64,000 nucleotides of DNA, taken from an uncultured bacterium. GTDB taxonomy: Bacteria > Krumholzibacteriota > Krumholzibacteriia > JACNKJ01. A model generated the notes under the pieces. It did not search any database, was not told the origin of the DNA, and worked only from the letters and a program-made list of their open reading frames with translations. The DNA is taken from NCBI GenBank assembly GCA_963695095.1, contig CAVOFT010000001.1:1888001-1952000 (forward strand), given 5' to 3'. Made by a program: the position numbers and the translations under genes. Shown here piece after piece: positions 29,795 through 39,400 of the stretch (positions within the stretch are counted from its first letter, which is position 1; every line of letters starts with the position of its first letter).

Positions 29795-30721
29795 TTGTCG
29801 CAGCCCAAGGATTTCATCTCCATCGCGGACTGGAGCGCGGAGGACCTGATCCGCTTGCTCGAACTGGCCATGGAGCAGAAGCGCACCTTGAAGAAGGGCG
29901 GCAAGCTGCCGGCCAGCCAGGCGGGCAAGGTGCTGGCCTGCATCTTCCACAAGCCGAGCCTGCGCACGCGCATCAGTTTCGAGGTGGCGATCCGCCAGCT
30001 CGGCGGTTCGAGCCTGTACATCACCGACAAGGAGATCGGGCTCGGCAGTCGGGAATCCCCCCAGGACGTGGCCCGCGTGCTGGAGCGCTACGTGCACGGC
30101 ATCATGATCCGCACCTTCGCCCACGAGAACGCGACGCTGCTCGCCCGCAACGCGACGCGGATCCCGGTCATCAACGGGCTCACGGACCTGCTGCACCCCT
30201 GCCAGGTGATGGCCGACCTGCAGACGATCTGGGAGCACCGGGGCGGGCTCGACGGGCAGCGCATCGTCTACATCGGCGACGGCAACAACATGGCCAACAG
30301 CTGGGTGCACGCCGCCGCGCGCCTGCCGATCGCGCTCGTCATCTGCAACCCGGGCGGCTTCGATGTGGACGCTGCGGTGCTGGCCAATGCCAAGCGCATC
30401 AACCCGCAGCTCAAGCTGGAGTTGATCGGCGATCCCGCCGAGGCCGTCCAGGGCGCCGACGTGCTCTACACGGACGTCTGGGCCAGCATGGGTCAAGAGG
30501 CCGAGGCCGCCGCGCGCAAGGCGATCTTCGCGCCCTACCAGTTGAACGAGAAGCTGCTGGACAAGACCGGCAAGGCGGACACCATCGTCATGCACTGCCT
30601 GCCCGCGCACCGGGGCGACGAGATCACCGACGAGGTGCTGGACGGACCGCGCTCGGTGGTCTTCGACGAGGCGGAGAACCGGCTGCACATCCAGCGGGCC
30701 ATTCTCTCCGTGCTGATGTAG
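29795..30721 (+). CDS. argF: Ornithine carbamoyltransferase
   Basis: KPSLRTR.SF, HPCQ..AD, GDGNN, YTDVWASMG, HCLPAHRG, AENR. Confidence 0.95.
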   Translation: MSQPKDFISIADWSAEDLIRLLELAMEQKRTLKKGGKLPASQAGKVLACIFHKPSLRTRISFEVAIRQLGGSSLYITDKEIGLGSRESPQDVARVLERYVHGIMIRTFAHENATLLARNATRIPVINGLTDLLHPCQVMADLQTIWEHRGGLDGQRIVYIGDGNNMANSWVHAAARLPIALVICNPGGFDVDAAVLANAKRINPQLKLELIGDPAEAVQGADVLYTDVWASMGQEAEAAARKAIFAPYQLNEKLLDKTGKADTIVMHCLPAHRGDEITDEVLDGPRSVVFDEAENRLHIQRAILSVLM

Positions 30722-31900
30722 ATGCGGGTGCGGCGCGCCGAGCTCGGGCTGCTGCTCTGGGCGCTGCTGGCGGCGCTCCTGAGTTGCGCGCGCATCCGGC
30801 CGCCGAGCGGCGGCGAAGCGGACACGACACCCGCAGTGCTGGTGGGCGGGCGCCCGGCGGACGGCAGTCTCGGCACGGGCCCGCTCAGCGAGGTGCTGCT
30901 CACCTTCAGCGAGCCGGTGGACCGGGCGAGCGTGCTCACGGCCCTGCGCGTCGAGCCGCCGCGCCTCCTGCGCAGCCTGCGCTGGGCCGGGGATACGCTG
31001 CTCGCGCTCCGCTTCTGGGAGCCCCTGCCCGCCGCCACCAGCGTCGACGTCTATCTCGTTCCCGGCTGGCGAGACCGGCATCGGATTCCCCAGCCCGAGT
31101 GGCAGGTGCTCAGCTTCGCCACGGGCGAGGAGCTGCGGCCGGGCTGGCTGGCCGGGACGGCCACCTTCAAGGGGCAGCCGAGCCGCTCCCTGCACCTCGC
31201 GCTCAGCGATACGAGCGGGGCGCCTGCGCGGCTCACCCGTCCCGATGCGCGCGGCGGCTTCCGCTTTCGGGGCCTGCCTGCCGATGGGCGCGCCTGGCTG
31301 CTCGCCGCTTTCCAGGACGTCGATGGCGACAGCCTCTTCGATCCGGCCGTGGACTTCGCCGACACCCTGCGCGACTCCCTCGCCCTCGCGCCGGCCGCAC
31401 CGCGGCGCTTCGGCCTGCGCCTGGACGTGATCGATCCCGACGAACCGGGCAGCGTGAGCGGGCAGTTCGCCTGCCTGGACACGATGCCGGGGCTCTTCTT
31501 CCTGCGCGTCCTGCCGGACTCCTTTCGCTTGAGCGATGGCAGCCGGCCGCTCGTCGATCCCGGCGCCCTGCCGGAGGCCGAGCGCGCGCGTCTCGCCGCG
31601 CTCGTCGCGCGGCCGGCGGCGGCCGCCGAGCTGCCGGCGCAGTGGCTGCGGCTGGAGCGGGCCGGCGCCTTCGCCCTGCCCGCCCTGCCTCCCGGCCAGT
31701 ACTGGCTCTTCGTGCACGGGGAACTCGGCGCGCCGGACACGCTCTGGGATCCGGCCGGCGAGCCCGCCGGGCTGAGCGCCGGCCCGCTCGGCCTCGCTCC
31801 GGGCGGCAGCCTGAGCTGGCCGCGCTTCGCCTTTCCGATCGCCGCCAGTCCCGCCGATAGCGCTGCCCCGGCGCCCGCGCGCGCCGGCGAGGCGCCGTGA
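30722..31900 (+). CDS. Lipoprotein with Ig-like domain
   Basis: Lipobox LLSC followed by A....PSGG..D..P; FSEPVD; AFQDVDGD...D. Confidence 0.75.
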   Translation: MRVRRAELGLLLWALLAALLSCARIRPPSGGEADTTPAVLVGGRPADGSLGTGPLSEVLLTFSEPVDRASVLTALRVEPPRLLRSLRWAGDTLLALRFWEPLPAATSVDVYLVPGWRDRHRIPQPEWQVLSFATGEELRPGWLAGTATFKGQPSRSLHLALSDTSGAPARLTRPDARGGFRFRGLPADGRAWLLAAFQDVDGDSLFDPAVDFADTLRDSLALAPAAPRRFGLRLDVIDPDEPGSVSGQFACLDTMPGLFFLRVLPDSFRLSDGSRPLVDPGALPEAERARLAALVARPAAAAELPAQWLRLERAGAFALPALPPGQYWLFVHGELGAPDTLWDPAGEPAGLSAGPLGLAPGGSLSWPRFAFPIAASPADSAAPAPARAGEAP

Positions 31901-34692
31901 AGCGGCGCCTGGCTTCTGCGCTCTGCCTGGCCCTGGCCCTGGCCCTGCCGGCGCGCGCGCAGTACCTCTTCGGCAAGAACAAGGTGGTCTACTCGCCGCG
32001 CGAATGGCTGGTCGCGCGCAGCGAGAAGGTGGAGCTCTTCTTCTATCCGGAGGAGGAGCAGCTTGCCGCCTACGCGCTCGCCTTCGCCGATTCGGCGGCG
32101 CTGGAGCTGGAGATCGTCTTCGCCCTCACGCTCGAGCGCCCGGTGCCGCTCGTGCTCTACGGCTCGCAGCATGCCTTTCGGGAAACGAACGTCATTCCTA
32201 GCCTGATCGGCGAATCGGTGGGGGGCTTCACGGATCTCGTGCGCGGCCGCGTCGTCGTGCCTGCCACGGGGGACCTGCACGCGCTCCGGCACGTGATCCG
32301 CCACGAGCTCGTGCATGCGGTCATGCTCGAGAAGCTGGCGCAGGTGATGTCGGCCCGCCGCCAGTTCAGCTACCAGCACCCGCCGCTCTGGTTCGTGGAG
32401 GGCCTGGCGGAGTTCTACAGCGTCGGGGCGCCCGACACCGAGGGGGAGATGCTCCTGCGCGAGGGCATCCTCGACGGCTCGCTGCCGCCCCTCGGCGAGC
32501 TCTGGCGCATCCAGGGCAGCTACCTGATGTACAAGGTGGGTCAGTCGGTGGTGGCCTACCTGGATCTCAACTACGGCTCGGCGGCCGTGCGCGGCCTGCT
32601 CGAGAACTGGTGGCGCAGCGCCAGCTTCGAGCGGCTCCTCGAGCAGGACCTGGGGCTCAGTCTCGCCGAGCTGGACGCGGGCTGGCGCAGTCAGCTCAGG
32701 CGGCGCTACTACCCGAGCGTCACCGTCAGGCAGCCCGCCCGCGAGCGCGGGCGCGAGCTGCTGCGCGGCGGCAGCTTCCAGGTGGGCCCCGCCGCGCTGG
32801 GGGACTCGAGCTTCGTCTACCTGGAGACGGCCAGCGGCCGGGTGGCCCTCGCGCGCGCGGAGTTCCCCCGCGAGGTCAGGCGCCAGGCCGACTATCGCCT
32901 GCTGCTCGAGGGCGGGCGCAGCGGACGCACGGAGTCCATCCCCTTCATGCGCAGCCGGCCGGCGGCAGGGGCCGGACTGATCGCCCTCAGCGTGCAGCGG
33001 GGGCCGGGCGATGAGTTGCGCTTCCTCGACGCTGCCAGCGGCGCCACGCTCGCCGCCTTTGCCGCGGATTCCATCGTGCAGATCGAAGCGCCGAGCCTGG
33101 CGCCGGATGGGCGCGTGCTCTTCTCGGGCATCGGGCCCGGGGGGCGCCGCGACCTCTTCCTGCTCACGGGGAATCCGCGGGCAGCGGCGCCCGCCTGGCA
33201 GCTGCGACGGCTGACCGCCGACGATTGCGATGACCGCGATCCGAGCTGGCACCCGGATGGAGAGCGCTTCCTCTTCAGCAGCGATCGCGGGCAGGCGACC
33301 GCCAGCCCGCATCGCAATCTCTTCGCCTTCGAGCTGGCGAGCGGGCGCGTGGAGCGGGTCACCGAGGGCCCCTGGGTGGATCGGCAGCCGGCCTGGTCGC
33401 CGGATGGGCGCCGCTTCGTCTACGTGTCGGACCGCCTGGGCGCCTGGGATCTCTATAGCGCCGAGGCGGGCGTGCATCGGCGGCAGACGGCCACCTACGG
33501 CGGCGCGCAGGACCCGGCCTGGCTGGGGGAGGGATTCCTGGCGGCGGTCTACGAGCAGCGGCGCTACCGGATCTATCATTTCCCCTTCGCGGCGGGCGCG
33601 GACAGCGTGGCCGCCGGCGCGGCGGAGACGGCGGCGGTGACGCCTGCCGCCCCGGTGCCGGGCATCTCCCTGCCGGCACCGATTCCCTATCGCCCCCGCT
33701 GGGGCCTGGACTTCGCCCAGTCGGGCCTGGCCTACGATCCGGAGTTCGGCAGCGCCGGCGGCGGCCAGCTCGGCTTCACGGATCTGCTCGGCAATCACCA
33801 GGCCTCGGTCGCCCTCTCGAACACGGCCACCACTTCGGCGGACTTCTTCAAGCGCCTGAACGTGGGCCTGGGCTACACGAATCTTTCGAGGCGCTGGAAC
33901 TGGAGTCTGGCGGTCTTCCACCTCAGCAGCGACTTCGACACGAACGGCTGGGAGTATCGCTTCGAGCGGCGCTTCGGCGCGCTGGCGGCCCTGAGCTATC
34001 CCTTCAACCAGTTCCGCCGCGTGGAGTTCAGCGCCAATGTGCGCGGGGTGATCCAGGAGGACGAGATCAGCTACGCCCTCCGCGATCCGGAGGCGGTGCT
34101 GGGCTCTCTCTACGCCGCCTGGGTGCACGACACCGTGCTCTGGAGCTACGGCGGCGCGCTCAGCGGCGAGCGCATCAATCTGACGCTGGGCTGGACGAGC
34201 GCCTTCGGCGAGGCCGGCTACGGCTACAGCGTGATTCGCCTCGACGCGCGCAAGTACTGGCGCCTGCGGCAGGAGACGGTCTACGCCGCCCGCCTGTTCG
34301 CGCACTACTCGCGCGGCGACGACCCGCGCTATGCGCATCTGGGCGGCCCGCTCCAGTTGCGGGGCTGGCCGCATCAGTACTTCCACGCCCGCGGCGTCTG
34401 GCTGCTCAATCAGGAGTTGCGCGTGCCCCTGCTCTACGGCATTCGCCTCTTCACGCCCCTGGGCAACATGGATCTGCCGCCCCTGCGCGGCAGTCTCTTC
34501 TTCGATGGCGCCCGCATGGCGCAGCGCTTCTTCGGCATCCCGCAGCCCCAGTGGGCCGGCGCCTACGGACTGGGCCTGGAACTCGGCCTGGGACCGGTGC
34601 TGGTCCTGCGCTACAACGCGACGCGCACGACGGACTTCAAGGAGATCAGCCCCGCGGTCGACCACGAGTTCTTCCTCGGCTGGAATTTCTAG
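31897..34692 (+). CDS. Outer-membrane protein: HExxH zinc-peptidase domain + PD40/TolB-like propeller + Omp85-type barrel
   Basis: Signal peptide, FGKNKV, HELVH...PLWFVEGLAE, PSWHPDG/PAWSPDG repeats, GG..QLRG, ELRVPL, FFD.A, C-terminal FFLGWNF. Confidence 0.85.
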   Translation: MKRRLASALCLALALALPARAQYLFGKNKVVYSPREWLVARSEKVELFFYPEEEQLAAYALAFADSAALELEIVFALTLERPVPLVLYGSQHAFRETNVIPSLIGESVGGFTDLVRGRVVVPATGDLHALRHVIRHELVHAVMLEKLAQVMSARRQFSYQHPPLWFVEGLAEFYSVGAPDTEGEMLLREGILDGSLPPLGELWRIQGSYLMYKVGQSVVAYLDLNYGSAAVRGLLENWWRSASFERLLEQDLGLSLAELDAGWRSQLRRRYYPSVTVRQPARERGRELLRGGSFQVGPAALGDSSFVYLETASGRVALARAEFPREVRRQADYRLLLEGGRSGRTESIPFMRSRPAAGAGLIALSVQRGPGDELRFLDAASGATLAAFAADSIVQIEAPSLAPDGRVLFSGIGPGGRRDLFLLTGNPRAAAPAWQLRRLTADDCDDRDPSWHPDGERFLFSSDRGQATASPHRNLFAFELASGRVERVTEGPWVDRQPAWSPDGRRFVYVSDRLGAWDLYSAEAGVHRRQTATYGGAQDPAWLGEGFLAAVYEQRRYRIYHFPFAAGADSVAAGAAETAAVTPAAPVPGISLPAPIPYRPRWGLDFAQSGLAYDPEFGSAGGGQLGFTDLLGNHQASVALSNTATTSADFFKRLNVGLGYTNLSRRWNWSLAVFHLSSDFDTNGWEYRFERRFGALAALSYPFNQFRRVEFSANVRGVIQEDEISYALRDPEAVLGSLYAAWVHDTVLWSYGGALSGERINLTLGWTSAFGEAGYGYSVIRLDARKYWRLRQETVYAARLFAHYSRGDDPRYAHLGGPLQLRGWPHQYFHARGVWLLNQELRVPLLYGIRLFTPLGNMDLPPLRGSLFFDGARMAQRFFGIPQPQWAGAYGLGLELGLGPVLVLRYNATRTTDFKEISPAVDHEFFLGWNF

Positions 34693-34754
34693 CGCGGCGA
34701 CCGGGGGCGGACGCCCGCTCCCCGCGCCCTGCGCGCAACCCCAAGGAGGCCCCG

Positions 34755-35279
34755 ATGCCCGCGCCTCAATCCGACCCCTGGCTGGCCGACCTGCTGGCGC
34801 TCAAGCGCACGCCCCGCAGCGGCTGGTTCCGGATCGGCGTCGCCCAGCCGGAATCGGTGGCCGAGCACAGCTTCGCCGTCGGCTTGCTGGCCTGGCGCGC
34901 CGCCCGGGCGCAGGGCCTGGACGCGGGCAAGGCCCTTCTGATGGGCCTGCTCCACGACTTCCACGAGGCGCAGCTGGGGGATCTGCCGAGCCCGGTCAAG
35001 GCGCTGCTGGCGCCGGCGGGACTGGCCGAGGCGGAGGCGCGCCTCGTGGGCGCGCAGTGGGAGGGCTGGGCGCCGGACGTGCTCGCCCTGCTGCGGGAGC
35101 TGGCGCTCGGCAGCAGTGCGGAGGCGCGGCTGGTCCAGGCCTGCGACCGCGAGGAGCTGCGGCTGCAGGCCCAGCGCTACCTGGCCGAGGGCTATGCCGA
35201 GGCAAAGGCCTTCCTTGCGCCGGATGCGGGGGCTCAGGATGTCCAGGAACCGGCGGGGGGCGGCCAGGCCGGCCGCTAG
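34755..35279 (+). CDS. HD-domain hydrolase (YfbR/HDDC2-like)
   Basis: AAGGAGG SD; LKRTPRSGW, ESVAEHS, LLHDFHEA..GD. Confidence 0.88.
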   Translation: MPAPQSDPWLADLLALKRTPRSGWFRIGVAQPESVAEHSFAVGLLAWRAARAQGLDAGKALLMGLLHDFHEAQLGDLPSPVKALLAPAGLAEAEARLVGAQWEGWAPDVLALLRELALGSSAEARLVQACDREELRLQAQRYLAEGYAEAKAFLAPDAGAQDVQEPAGGGQAGR

Positions 35280-35291
35280 GGCCGGGCGGGC

Positions 35292-35552
35292 CTAGGCCTG
35301 GGGCAGCGCGTTGGCGCGCAGCTGCAGGCGGGACTTGAGGCGGCTGGCGCGGTTCAGCTTGATGATGCGCTTCTTGGCCAGGCGGTCCAGGAAGCCGCTC
35401 AGCTCGGGCAGCAGCGCCGTGGCCTCGGCAGCGTTCGCGCTGCTGCGGAACTTCTTCAGACGCGTGCGCATCTGGCTCATGTAGGCGCGGTTGGCGAGGC
35501 GGGCCTTCTCGGCCGTCTTCAGGCGCTTCTTGCAGGACTTGTGATGAGGCAT
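35292..35552 (-). CDS. rpsT: 30S ribosomal protein S20
   Basis: HKSCKKR....R..N..MRT..KK, LD...KRII..NRASR.KSRL. Confidence 0.96.
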   Translation of the reverse strand: MPHHKSCKKRLKTAEKARLANRAYMSQMRTRLKKFRSSANAAEATALLPELSGFLDRLAKKRIIKLNRASRLKSRLQLRANALPQA

Positions 35553-35588
35553 CTGGCTTTTCTCTCCTTATCGCGTCACAAGGGAGCC

Positions 35589-35617
35589 AATCTAGCAAGG
35601 GGCGGCAGGCCTGTCAA
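35589..35617 (-). promoter_or_regulatory. Putative sigma70 promoter for rpsT
   Basis: TTGACA-17 nt-TAGATT on the minus strand with TGC extension. Confidence 0.75.
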
Positions 35618-35629
35618 GGGGGAAACCCC

Positions 35630-35658
35630 TTGTCCCGTCACGGCTTCCGGGCTAGATT
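35630..35658 (+). promoter_or_regulatory. Putative sigma70 promoter for the uvrC operon
   Basis: TTGTCC-17 nt-TAGATT, back-to-back with the rpsT promoter. Confidence 0.6.
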
Positions 35659-35709
35659 GGCGGCCCAACCGGCCTGTGCCGGCGCCCCTTCGTCCTCCCG
35701 AGGCTGAGC

Positions 35710-37620
35710 ATGGTCCCTCGCGCCCACCCCGAGGCCCTCCTGCGCAAGCTGGACCGGCTGCCCACCGCGCCGGGCGTCTACCTGTTCAAGGACGCGCGCG
35801 GCAAGGTGATCTATGTCGGCAAGGCGAAGAACCTGTCCACGCGGGTGCATTCCTATTTCCAGGAGCGGCGCCAGCGCGACCCGAAGACGGAAGTCCTGCT
35901 CGGCCATGTCGCCGACCTCGACTACCTCGTCATGGCCAGCGCCATGGAAGCCCTGGTCGCCGAGAACAACTTCATCAAGGAATACAGTCCCCGCTACAAC
36001 ATCCAGCTCCGAGACGACAAGAGCTATCCCTACGTGCGCATCACACTGGAAGAGGAGTTGCCGCGCGTGTTCCTGACCCGGCGCATGGAAGAGGGGGGCA
36101 GCCTCTATCTCGGGCCCTACACGGACGTGGGCGCCATCCGCCAGACCCTGCGCGTCCTGAAGACCCTCTTTCCCATCCGCGACTGCCCAGGAGATCTGCC
36201 GGCCGAGAGCCTGACGCGCGAGTGCCTCTACTATCACATCGGGCGCTGCCTGGCGCCCTGCACGGGCCGCCAGTCGGTGGCGGACTACCGAGCCGGCGTC
36301 GAGAAGCTGCGCCTGTACCTGACGGGCAAGGCCAGCCGCCTGCGCGATTTGCTGGAGGGCGAGATGAAGCGGGCCGCCGCCGAGCAGCGCTACGAGCAGG
36401 CGGCCCGGCTGCGCGACCAGCTGCAGGCCATCGATCGGCTCAGCCACCGGCAGCGCACGCAAGTCTACGGCGAGGGCGACCGCGATGCCATCGCCCTCGC
36501 CCGTGACCGCGAGGACAGCTGCGGCGTCGTGCTGCGGCTGCGCGACGGCCGCCTGCTCGCCTCCGAGACCTTTCACTTCCGCACGCGCGAGGGCGAGGGC
36601 GACGGCGAGGTGCTCAGCGCCTTCTGCCAGCAGTACTACCACCGCGTTCAGCAGCCGCCGCCGGAGCTGCTCTTGCCCGAGGCCTTTCCCGCCGCCGACG
36701 AGACCCTGCTGGCCGACTGGCTCTCGTCGCGCCGGGGGACGCGGGTCAGCCTGCGCCGCCCCCAGCGCGGGCTGGGCCGCGAGATCCTGGCCCTGGCCCT
36801 GGAGAACGCGCGCACCAAGCTCGACGAGTCGCTGGCCACGCAGGGCAGCAAGGCGGGGCGGGTGCCGCCGGCGGTCTTCGAACTGCGGGAGGCGCTGGGC
36901 CTCGCCCAGTTGCCGCGCGTGATCGAAGGCGTGGACATCTCCAACACCGGCGACCGCGAGGTGGTCGCCGCCCTGGTCAGCTTCAAGGACGGCGCCCCGC
37001 GGAAGAGCGGCTACCGGCGCTTCCGGATCAAGGAGGTCCTGGGCCAGGACGACTTCGCCTCGGTGGCCGAGGTGGTGCGCCGTCGTTTTCGCCGCCTGGC
37101 GGAGACGGGCGAGCCGCGCCCCGATCTGCTGCTCATCGACGGCGGGCCGGGACAGCTGGCCGCCGCGGCGAGCGCCCTGGCCGAGCTCGGCGTGAGCGAG
37201 CAGGCCCTGATCGCCCTGGCGAAGCGCGAAGAGGCCGTCTATCGCTCGACCGCGCCCGAGACCCCGCTGCTGCTGCCCCAGAACGCGGGCGCCCTGCGCC
37301 TGCTCCAGCGCGTGCGCGACGAGGCGCACCGCTTCGCGCGGGGCTACCATCGCCAGGCCCGCGGCAAGCGCAGCCTGGGCTCGGCCCTGGACGGCATCCC
37401 CGGCCTCGGCGAGGAGCGCCGTCGCCTCCTGCTCGACCAGTTCGGCAGCGTGCCGGCCATCGCGGCGGCGCCGCTGGACGCTCTCATCGCCTTGCCCGGC
37501 ATCGGTCCCGCGCTCGCGCACCGCATCCTGGCCGGCCTGGCGAGCGCCGCGGAGGCGCCGGCACCTGCCGAGGGAGAGGCCCCGCCCGCGCCCGAGGCGA
37601 CTCCGCGGGAGGACTCCTAG
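35710..37620 (+). CDS. uvrC: Excinuclease ABC subunit C
   Basis: PGVYLF, IYVGKAKNL, LRDDKSYPY, UVR domain, DISN, LIDGG.GQ, RDEAHRFA, HhH. Confidence 0.98.
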   Translation: MVPRAHPEALLRKLDRLPTAPGVYLFKDARGKVIYVGKAKNLSTRVHSYFQERRQRDPKTEVLLGHVADLDYLVMASAMEALVAENNFIKEYSPRYNIQLRDDKSYPYVRITLEEELPRVFLTRRMEEGGSLYLGPYTDVGAIRQTLRVLKTLFPIRDCPGDLPAESLTRECLYYHIGRCLAPCTGRQSVADYRAGVEKLRLYLTGKASRLRDLLEGEMKRAAAEQRYEQAARLRDQLQAIDRLSHRQRTQVYGEGDRDAIALARDREDSCGVVLRLRDGRLLASETFHFRTREGEGDGEVLSAFCQQYYHRVQQPPPELLLPEAFPAADETLLADWLSSRRGTRVSLRRPQRGLGREILALALENARTKLDESLATQGSKAGRVPPAVFELREALGLAQLPRVIEGVDISNTGDREVVAALVSFKDGAPRKSGYRRFRIKEVLGQDDFASVAEVVRRRFRRLAETGEPRPDLLLIDGGPGQLAAAASALAELGVSEQALIALAKREEAVYRSTAPETPLLLPQNAGALRLLQRVRDEAHRFARGYHRQARGKRSLGSALDGIPGLGEERRRLLLDQFGSVPAIAAAPLDALIALPGIGPALAHRILAGLASAAEAPAPAEGEAPPAPEATPREDS

Positions 37621-38532
37621 GTGAACGCGGCCTGGCAGGGCGAGCTGGACGACTGGCTCGACCAGCTCCTCGTCGAGCGCAGCCTCTCCGCCAACACGCT
37701 GGAGGCCTATCGGCGCGACGTCGCCCGACTCGCCGCCGCGGTCCCGGATCCCCGCCAGGCGCAGGAAGCCGATCTCCGGCGCGCGCTGCACGCGGCGGAG
37801 GCGGCGGGCCTGGCGCCCCGCAGCCGCGCCCGCCTGCTCAGCGCCTGGCGGAGCTTCTTCCGCTACCTCTGCGCCGAAGGGCGCCGCAGCGCATCGCCCG
37901 CGGAGGCGCTGGAAGGGCCCCGTCTGCCGCGGGCACTGCCCGACCTGCTCTCGCTGGCCGAGATCGAGGCCCTGCTCGCCGCCGCGGCGCGGGGCGCGAA
38001 GACTCCCCGCCGCGATTGCGCGCTCGTCGAGCTGGCCTACGGCTCGGGTCTGCGCGCCTCCGAGCTGGTGGGCCTGCCGCAGGTCGAGCTCTTCCTGGCC
38101 GAGGGTCTGGTGCGCGTGCTGGGCAAGGGGCGCAAGGAGCGCTGGGTGCCTCTCGGCAGCCGCGCGGTGGAGTCCCTCGCCCGTTACCTCGTCGAGGAAA
38201 GGCCGCGCCTGGCGACCGTCCTCTCGCCGGGGCGCGTCTTCCTCAACGGGCGCGGCGGCGCGCTCAGCCGCGTGGGCTGGTGGAAGATCCTCCAGCGCCT
38301 GGCCGCAGCAGCGGGCATGGCGGGACGGGTCAAGCCGCACAGCCTGCGCCACAGCTTCGCCACCCACCTGCTCGAAGGCGGCGCCGACCTGCGCGCCGTC
38401 CAGGAAATGCTCGGGCACGCCTCCATCGGGACGACGCAGATCTACACCCGCGTGGATCGGCTCTACCTCAAGCGCGTGCACCGCGATTTCCATCCCCGCG
38501 GCGTCGCGGCTGGCGAGGCATCGCCGGAATAG
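37621..38532 (+). CDS. xerD: Tyrosine recombinase XerD
   Basis: LSANTLEAYRRD, GLRASEL, GKGRKER.VP, PHSLRHSFATHLLEGGADLR.VQEMLGH, TTQIYT; xerD-scpAB synteny. Confidence 0.9.
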   Translation: MNAAWQGELDDWLDQLLVERSLSANTLEAYRRDVARLAAAVPDPRQAQEADLRRALHAAEAAGLAPRSRARLLSAWRSFFRYLCAEGRRSASPAEALEGPRLPRALPDLLSLAEIEALLAAAARGAKTPRRDCALVELAYGSGLRASELVGLPQVELFLAEGLVRVLGKGRKERWVPLGSRAVESLARYLVEERPRLATVLSPGRVFLNGRGGALSRVGWWKILQRLAAAAGMAGRVKPHSLRHSFATHLLEGGADLRAVQEMLGHASIGTTQIYTRVDRLYLKRVHRDFHPRGVAAGEASPE

Positions 38533-38610
38533 GCGTTGACGGATGGCTTTGCCTCTGTTACCTGAGGTGGCCATGAACACTGCGCGCGGCCGCGGCCCGG
38601 GGGACGGGCC

Positions 38611-39357
38611 GTGAGCTATACCGTTCGTCTGGAGCTCTTCGAGGGCCCGCTCGATCTTCTGCTCTATCTCATTCGCAAGGATGAGATCGAGATCGCGGAC
38701 ATCCCCGTCGCGCGCATCACCGACCAGTATCTCGCCCATCTGCAGCAGCTCGAGATCCTCGAGCTGGACGGCGCGGGCGAGTATCTCCTGATGGCGGCCA
38801 CGCTGCTACGGCTCAAGAGCCGCATGCTGCTGCCACGGCCCGCCTTCGGCGAGGATGACGACGCGGACCCGCGGCGCGATCTCGTCGCCCAGCTCGAGGA
38901 GTACCGCAAGTACAAGGCGCTGGCGGAGCGCTTCAGCGACCTGTCCGAGGCCCGCCGCCGGCTCTTCGACTTCGTGCCGGCCCAGCCGCTGGACTCCCTG
39001 CGCAGCCGGGAGGAGGTCTTCAGCCTGGACTTTCCCGAACTGCTCGGCGCCCTGCGCGACGTGATGGGTCTGGTGGCGGAGCGGGAAGCTCGCCATCGCG
39101 TCGGGCTCGAGAACGTCTCCATCGAGGAGAAGATGGCGCTGATCCGCGAGCGCCTGCGCGCCGGGGACCGGCTCGTCTTTCGCGATTTCATGGCCGAAGC
39201 GCCCACGCGCCTGCATGTCATCGTCACCTTCATGGCCCTGCTCGAGATGGTGAAGTACGGCGAGCTGCGCATCGAGCAGGAGGGCCGCCACGCCGAGATC
39301 TGGATCATGCCGGCGGCGACGGTGGCGATGGCGGCCGCGGCGGCAGCGGCCGGATGA
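38611..39357 (+). CDS. scpA: Segregation and condensation protein A
   Basis: FEGPLDLLLYLI, ITDQYL, YLLMAATL..LKSRMLLP, TFMALLEM. Confidence 0.95.
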   Translation: MSYTVRLELFEGPLDLLLYLIRKDEIEIADIPVARITDQYLAHLQQLEILELDGAGEYLLMAATLLRLKSRMLLPRPAFGEDDDADPRRDLVAQLEEYRKYKALAERFSDLSEARRRLFDFVPAQPLDSLRSREEVFSLDFPELLGALRDVMGLVAEREARHRVGLENVSIEEKMALIRERLRAGDRLVFRDFMAEAPTRLHVIVTFMALLEMVKYGELRIEQEGRHAEIWIMPAATVAMAAAAAAAG

Positions 39358-39400
39358 GGGGGGCTGCCGCCGGCCCCGAAACGATCGAAAGGGTGAGAGC

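Noticed and set aside
28825..38532. Two tyrosine recombinases as possible integrases of a mobile element
   Set aside because: Sequence and synteny (topA-trmFO-xerC; xerD-scpAB) fit housekeeping XerC/XerD; no att sites or cargo seen
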